A stretch of DNA of 63,272 nucleotides, filler included, from a bacterium (GTDB lineage Bacteria; UBA9089; CG2-30-40-21; SBAY01), in assembly GCA_040757115.1 (NCBI GenBank). It is 3 parts of 3 records of this genome, joined end to end, with 100 filler letters (N's around TTAATTAATTAA, not from the genome) between each part and the next. Parts side by side here need not be neighbours in the genome. Positions count along the whole stretch, not along the records: positions 43,676 to 63,272 come from JBFLYA010000055.1; 2 more parts are not named here. One strand, 5' to 3'. Shown one piece after another: positions 58,523-63,272 of the stretch (position 1 is the first letter of the stretch; each line of letters opens with the position of its first letter). The notes beneath the pieces are model-generated. The model did no database searches. It saw nothing but the letters and a program-made list of their open reading frames with translations, and was not told where the DNA came from. Made by a program: the position numbers and the translations under genes.

Positions 58523-61101
58523 TGGATCTACCCCGTAATCCTTTCGATATCATAAGAACTGAAGATTTTAATACCAATTATAAAATCATAGCTCAATATT
58601 TTAGTGACCCACATGCTACTTATTATTCAAATCTGACAAGAAGAGGAAATGTAATTCTTGTTGGTACACGCGGGTCTGGTAAGACGATGCTATTAAAATC
58701 ATTATATCTCCCAGTGCAAATTGAAATCATGAAGAAAGAAGGTAAAGACCCATGCACTCATTCATTAGATTTTATTGGGATATTAGTTAATTGTGAGAGG
58801 TATGAGTTTAAGATATTCCGAGAAAATATTTACAGTTATCAGATGGAGCATAATAACGAAGAAAAAATAAGGTACTTCTGGAAACAATGTATGGGACATT
58901 ACTTTGCTCTTTTTATAATTGAGGAAATGCTAAACACAGTTATTAATTATGGAGCAGATATTGGATTAAACTTGCAAGACCCATTATATGAAATATTATC
59001 AAACCAAATCTGTGAGATATGTCGTATAGAACTATCTGCCTCTTTTGATTCTTTAGGTGATATATTAAAAAGGAAACGATTAGAGTTTTCACAACTACTT
59101 TCAATGTCTATACTTAATTTAGATTATTCCATTGCGAACAACCGCTTCGATTTATCTGCGGTTATTGAAGTTGGCAATACCTTAAAGAAAATCCCAAGAT
59201 TCAAAAATGCAAGATTTTATATCCTGTTAGATGACTTTTTCTATCCAAATTTAGCTGATGAGCAACAAAAAATTCTTCTGGAATTAATTCGGGTAAGGAA
59301 TGAACCTCTTGCTTTCAAAATAGCGACACTCCCTGGAGGTATGGTATTTACAGATGCCAGTGGATTTGAATTAATGGGGCGAGGTGATGATTTTACTATT
59401 GAGTCCATAGAATATTCTGAATTAGGAGAAAGAAGTGATTATTATAAACTCATTAAAGACATAGTTAATAATCGTGTGAAAGACTATGAATTAGTAGCTG
59501 ATGATCTATTTCAAAAAAGCAATGATACTATAAAAGATTTTTTGTCAAAACTAAAAGGGGAAGTAGGAAAAGGTCATATTAGACCTGAATATGCAGGATT
59601 TGATAGTTTAGTCCATATGAGTTCCGGTGTTGTTAGAACATTCTTAGTATTAGCTAAAAAAATCTTGGATAAACAGCTACAGCAAAAAAATGCAGAGCGA
59701 TTAGATAGAACTATTTTACCTATCCCAGTTGATATTCAGTCAGAAGTGGTATATTCAGAATCTTCACTATTTTTAGATGCAATTGCGAGTAGAGAAAAAG
59801 GATCACTTATATCAAAGATTGTTTATTTTGTTGGTAATGAATCAAGGCAAAAACTCTTAAATAATCAAGTCGCTAATGAGTATATACAATTGCAAATAAA
59901 AAATTATGTTGATATTAAACCAGAAGTACAAGAGATACTAACTAAAGCAGTAACCAATAATGTTTTCCATACATACCAGTTATCCCATAGAACAACAAGA
60001 AGAGGAGCAGTATCTATAGAGTCCCTTATCCTTAACAGACTATTAACTCCTGCATTAAGAATCCCTTATCATGATCGGTGGCGGATGGATATAGATGCAC
60101 AACAAATTAATAAGATACTTGGTGATATTGCTCCGATTGACATTTCTTACCACAAACCGCAACCACAAAAGAGTTTTATTAGTCAATATTGTCCAGTAAT
60201 ATCTGGTGACTGTGATAGAATAGACCCAAATCTTAAAGAAGATGGTTGCTTTTATGCCTCACCAATAAGAAACGATTGGACATCTTTCGCAAAAGATTTA
60301 TTTAAGAAGCAATTTTCTAAATTTGAAGTTGCAATTGAACAGCCACCAAAGGGTGATTTAACCTGCAAAATCTGTGAGATGATACATAATGCCCATTTTG
60401 GTATATACGAATTAACAGATCTTAATGAAAATGTAGTCTTTGAACTTGCCCTTGCATTATCTCGAGAAAAACATTGTTTTTTTGTTGCTAACACTGAATA
60501 TCCGGTAGAGCAAATTGAGGCTATGCTGGGCAAAGAGTATATACCTTATCAGGTAGTAGATAGTGAAATTGAAAAACTGTGTCAAGAAAAAATTCTTCCT
60601 ATTGTAAATTCTGGAGATGAACCATGGAATACAAAGATAATAAAAGGAATAAATACTGTTCCTGCAAACAAAACTGTATTACTGGCTATGCCAAAAGAAT
60701 CTCTTTATTATGAGAAAACATTAACCAATGGAGTCAAAGACATTTTAGAGAAAGAATTAGGTTTGGAAGTAATCATTCCTTCTCAATATTCTATCGGCAA
60801 TTGGTTCTCGAATTTAGTTAATGATGTAAAAAGAACAAAATATTGTTTCATTGATACAACTTTACCGAGTCAATATAATAACTTTAATGGAAGATTTTCG
60901 CCTAAAGAACTTGATTATTTACAAAGAGTATTCATATTCGGACTTAGCGTTGGTTTTAGAAAAATAATTTTACATGGATATAATACTGCATATAGTAAAA
61001 AGATATTTACAGATATGCAAGGACATTGCCATTTTGAATATTCTGATTCCAAACTGTTTGAAGAGATTAGAAAAAGGGTACCAGAGGTGTTCCATGAATA
61101 A
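58522..61101 (+). CDS. Large P-loop ATPase (ORC/CDC6-like) with C-terminal TIR/NDT-like modules
   Basis: GTRGSGKT Walker A, FYILLDD Walker B; C-terminal KICEMIHNAHFGIYELTDLNENVVFELALA and a second degenerate copy. Confidence 0.7.
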   Translation: MDLPRNPFDIIRTEDFNTNYKIIAQYFSDPHATYYSNLTRRGNVILVGTRGSGKTMLLKSLYLPVQIEIMKKEGKDPCTHSLDFIGILVNCERYEFKIFRENIYSYQMEHNNEEKIRYFWKQCMGHYFALFIIEEMLNTVINYGADIGLNLQDPLYEILSNQICEICRIELSASFDSLGDILKRKRLEFSQLLSMSILNLDYSIANNRFDLSAVIEVGNTLKKIPRFKNARFYILLDDFFYPNLADEQQKILLELIRVRNEPLAFKIATLPGGMVFTDASGFELMGRGDDFTIESIEYSELGERSDYYKLIKDIVNNRVKDYELVADDLFQKSNDTIKDFLSKLKGEVGKGHIRPEYAGFDSLVHMSSGVVRTFLVLAKKILDKQLQQKNAERLDRTILPIPVDIQSEVVYSESSLFLDAIASREKGSLISKIVYFVGNESRQKLLNNQVANEYIQLQIKNYVDIKPEVQEILTKAVTNNVFHTYQLSHRTTRRGAVSIESLILNRLLTPALRIPYHDRWRMDIDAQQINKILGDIAPIDISYHKPQPQKSFISQYCPVISGDCDRIDPNLKEDGCFYASPIRNDWTSFAKDLFKKQFSKFEVAIEQPPKGDLTCKICEMIHNAHFGIYELTDLNENVVFELALALSREKHCFFVANTEYPVEQIEAMLGKEYIPYQVVDSEIEKLCQEKILPIVNSGDEPWNTKIIKGINTVPANKTVLLAMPKESLYYEKTLTNGVKDILEKELGLEVIIPSQYSIGNWFSNLVNDVKRTKYCFIDTTLPSQYNNFNGRFSPKELDYLQRVFIFGLSVGFRKIILHGYNTAYSKKIFTDMQGHCHFEYSDSKLFEEIRKRVPEVFHE

Positions 61102-62080
61102 CATTCTCAAATACTTTGAAGCGGGTAGACCAAATATCTATTTTTGTGGATACGGTTTTGAAGAGAGATCCATTGGTTTGCTTTCTATTATTCGTGGAAA
61201 AGCATCATTTGACTACGCCTTTTCTATTGGATTTCCCTCGTCATTTTTAGGAACTACCCTTCTTTGGAGACAAAATAAAGCATTTACTGATGATTGTCTT
61301 GCCACAATGGCTAAAAATTATGAAGTCATAGATATATCTGTAAAACAACCAGTTGAGGTAAGACAAAATCTAAATGAGAAAATAAAAAAGTTTAATTTAA
61401 ACTTTCAGAAATTTAAAACAATTGTAGATATAACTTCATTTCCTAAATCAACATTATTTATGCTTTTAAAAGAATTAGTTGAGTCTAAAGCTTCTGGCTA
61501 TCTTTTTTATATAGAGCCTATTGATTATGAACTTCCAATCTCTTTGGGTGTTAAAGACATCAGAACTTTGCCCTTTTTTGGTGATAACTACGACTCAAAG
61601 AAACAAAAATTACTTATTGAAATATTGGGGTTTGAGGGGCTTAGAGCCTATGCGATATGGGAGACATTTGATCCACATAAAACAATAGCATTTATTGGAG
61701 TGCCATCTTTATTGAATCAAAAATGGAAGAATATTGCTGAACAGGAAAATGGATTGCTTCTATCTAGACCAAATGTTATCAAGAGAGAAATTTCCTTTAC
61801 TAGTATTGAAGAGGCTACCAATACCTTAGAAGAAATATATGAAGAAGAGGGTGATAAATACAACATAATTGTAAGTTCATTGGGGACGAAACTTTCAGCT
61901 ATATCACTTTTTTATTTTGCAAATCGCCATAAGAATGTATTTGTTACATTTTCTAGGCCTGAGGAACATACGGAACACTATTCATATGGTTGCAAGAAAT
62001 TGATTGTCATTGCTTTCAATTGTAAGGCTGCTGATGTTATAGATTCGTATGATTTTAAAAATAAAAATGAAAATGAATAA
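61094..62080 (+). CDS. Hypothetical two-domain Rossmann/CARF-like protein
   Basis: GFEERS, VDITSFPK, LGFEG.RA, SSLGTK; overlaps the ATPase stop with GAGGTG SD. Confidence 0.6.
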   Translation: MNNILKYFEAGRPNIYFCGYGFEERSIGLLSIIRGKASFDYAFSIGFPSSFLGTTLLWRQNKAFTDDCLATMAKNYEVIDISVKQPVEVRQNLNEKIKKFNLNFQKFKTIVDITSFPKSTLFMLLKELVESKASGYLFYIEPIDYELPISLGVKDIRTLPFFGDNYDSKKQKLLIEILGFEGLRAYAIWETFDPHKTIAFIGVPSLLNQKWKNIAEQENGLLLSRPNVIKREISFTSIEEATNTLEEIYEEEGDKYNIIVSSLGTKLSAISLFYFANRHKNVFVTFSRPEEHTEHYSYGCKKLIVIAFNCKAADVIDSYDFKNKNENE

Positions 62081-62094
62081 TAAGCAAAACGGTC

Positions 62095-62419
62095 GCCTAA
62101 CAGCGTGTTTACGCAAGGGCTAAAGCCACATTGCTCCCTACGGTCGCAACGTCGTAACCACGCAAATCGATAACCAAAATGTCGTTTCGCTCCATTTGGG
62201 TTATCGGGATGCGGATGAGCGAAAGGCGGAAGCTTTATGTAACTCAAAGGGGATTTTTTGAAAAAGGGAAGTTGCGCTGCGTCACTTCGGCTATCAGCGG
62301 CGGCGGGGCACCCACGAAGTGGGTCGCGCTTGCGGGTCGGGGCTGAAGCCAAAACTTGTAGTGAGCCTGTCGAACCTATGCCCCTGTGGAGCACTTCGCT
62401 CATCCGCATCCCGTTATAC
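62095..62419 (+). mobile_element. Long attC-like site (325 bp)
   Basis: TCGCCTAAC complements GTTAGGCGA (57652); ends GTTATAC; homologous to 57354-57658. Confidence 0.7.
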
Positions 62420-62453
62420 GCAATGCCGTGCCTAAAGAAATTTGGAGGTAAAG

Positions 62454-62933
62454 ATGGCATACAAAGTTTTTATAAGTCACAGCACTCGAGATCAGCGATT
62501 AGTAATTACACTTGCAAATATCCTTTCAAAATTTGGAGTGGATGTATCAGTTGCAGAGTGGTATCTATCTCCAGGACAACAACTTGATAAGAAAATATTT
62601 GAAAAGATAGAGAATTCTGATTGTGTGATTGTTTTATTAACACAAAATGGTATCCGGTCAAATTGGGTACAACAAGAAATAGGGTATGCATTGAAGTCTG
62701 GTAAATCTCTTATTCCTCTTGTAGAGAAAGGGATAAATCAAAAAGAGTTAGCATCGTTGCAGGGTAAAGAGTATATTGAATTTGATTCTTATCAACCTCA
62801 ACAATCGCTGATTAAAACTTCTACTTTTGTGAAGTCACTGAAGTTAAAAAAGGAGCAACAAGAGAAAGCATTACTCATTACAGGGGGTATTCTTGCTTTC
62901 CTGTTATTACTTTCTGGAGGAGAAAAAGAATGA
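62454..62933 (+). CDS. TIR-domain protein with C-terminal hydrophobic helix (cassette)
   Basis: KVFISHS..D, SDCVIVLLT...SNWVQQEIGYA (catalytic-type Glu); ALLITGGILAFLLLL tail. Confidence 0.88.
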   Translation: MAYKVFISHSTRDQRLVITLANILSKFGVDVSVAEWYLSPGQQLDKKIFEKIENSDCVIVLLTQNGIRSNWVQQEIGYALKSGKSLIPLVEKGINQKELASLQGKEYIEFDSYQPQQSLIKTSTFVKSLKLKKEQQEKALLITGGILAFLLLLSGGEKE

Positions 62934-63211
62934 AAACGATTTCATATCTGCCTCTTAAGGATAAGTTATCATTGAAGCTTCGCACTGTGAAAGGCAAGCC
63001 TACAAAAGAGGTTGGACGATTTAAATTATGGTGGAATAAACAAGGTGTTATTTATGCTCTTGATATTGACCAATTCTTAGAGGAACTAAAGGAATTTGAA
63101 AAAGCACGAGGTTGGATACAGTTAGGAGGCATCTGGAAAAACATAACTATTACTCGATGTTCAAGTTTTTGGATAGGACTCAATATGATAGAAGTTTTTG
63201 GCACGAATTAG
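62930..63211 (+). CDS. Small hypothetical protein
   Basis: ATGA overlap with the TIR gene; no family recognised; 3' end may be disrupted. Confidence 0.45.
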   Translation: MKTISYLPLKDKLSLKLRTVKGKPTKEVGRFKLWWNKQGVIYALDIDQFLEELKEFEKARGWIQLGGIWKNITITRCSSFWIGLNMIEVFGTN

Positions 63212-63272
63212 CTAAATAAAGAAAGGTCTTTTGCCGATAGTAGAAATAGTGTGAAGACACGAAATTTACTAT

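Overview
AT-rich bacterial sequence, probably from a metagenome-assembled diderm anaerobe. It joins three contigs with artificial N/TTAATTAATTAA spacers (21788-21887 and 43576-43675). Contig 1 has a partial rnf operon (rnfC, an MNT-HEPN fusion, rnfD, rnfG) and a ~16.5 kb amino-sugar, radical SAM and glycosyltransferase cluster. Contig 2 has an integron attC cassette array without an integrase (BrnTA, HicBA, cupin, others), a SNF2/SWIM pair, a Fur-TonB uptake locus with a deleted feoAB, and a type III restriction-modification locus that looks like a former cassette. Contig 3 has pstSCA, dedA, a five-gene eukaryote-like ubiquitination operon (E1, stand-alone RING, Ubl, UBC-type E2, JAB), pdxJ, glmM, and a second cassette array with ~300 bp attC-like sites. 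That array includes a 4.8 kb three-gene cassette (DNA methylase, ATPase with TIR/NDT-like modules, CARF-like protein) and a TIR cassette. Intergenic DNA is full of nested miniature inverted-repeat elements. Several have checkable target-site duplications, and some carry four-helix-bundle or GxxExxY genes or remnants. All family assignments come from motif recognition by eye, not from database searches.
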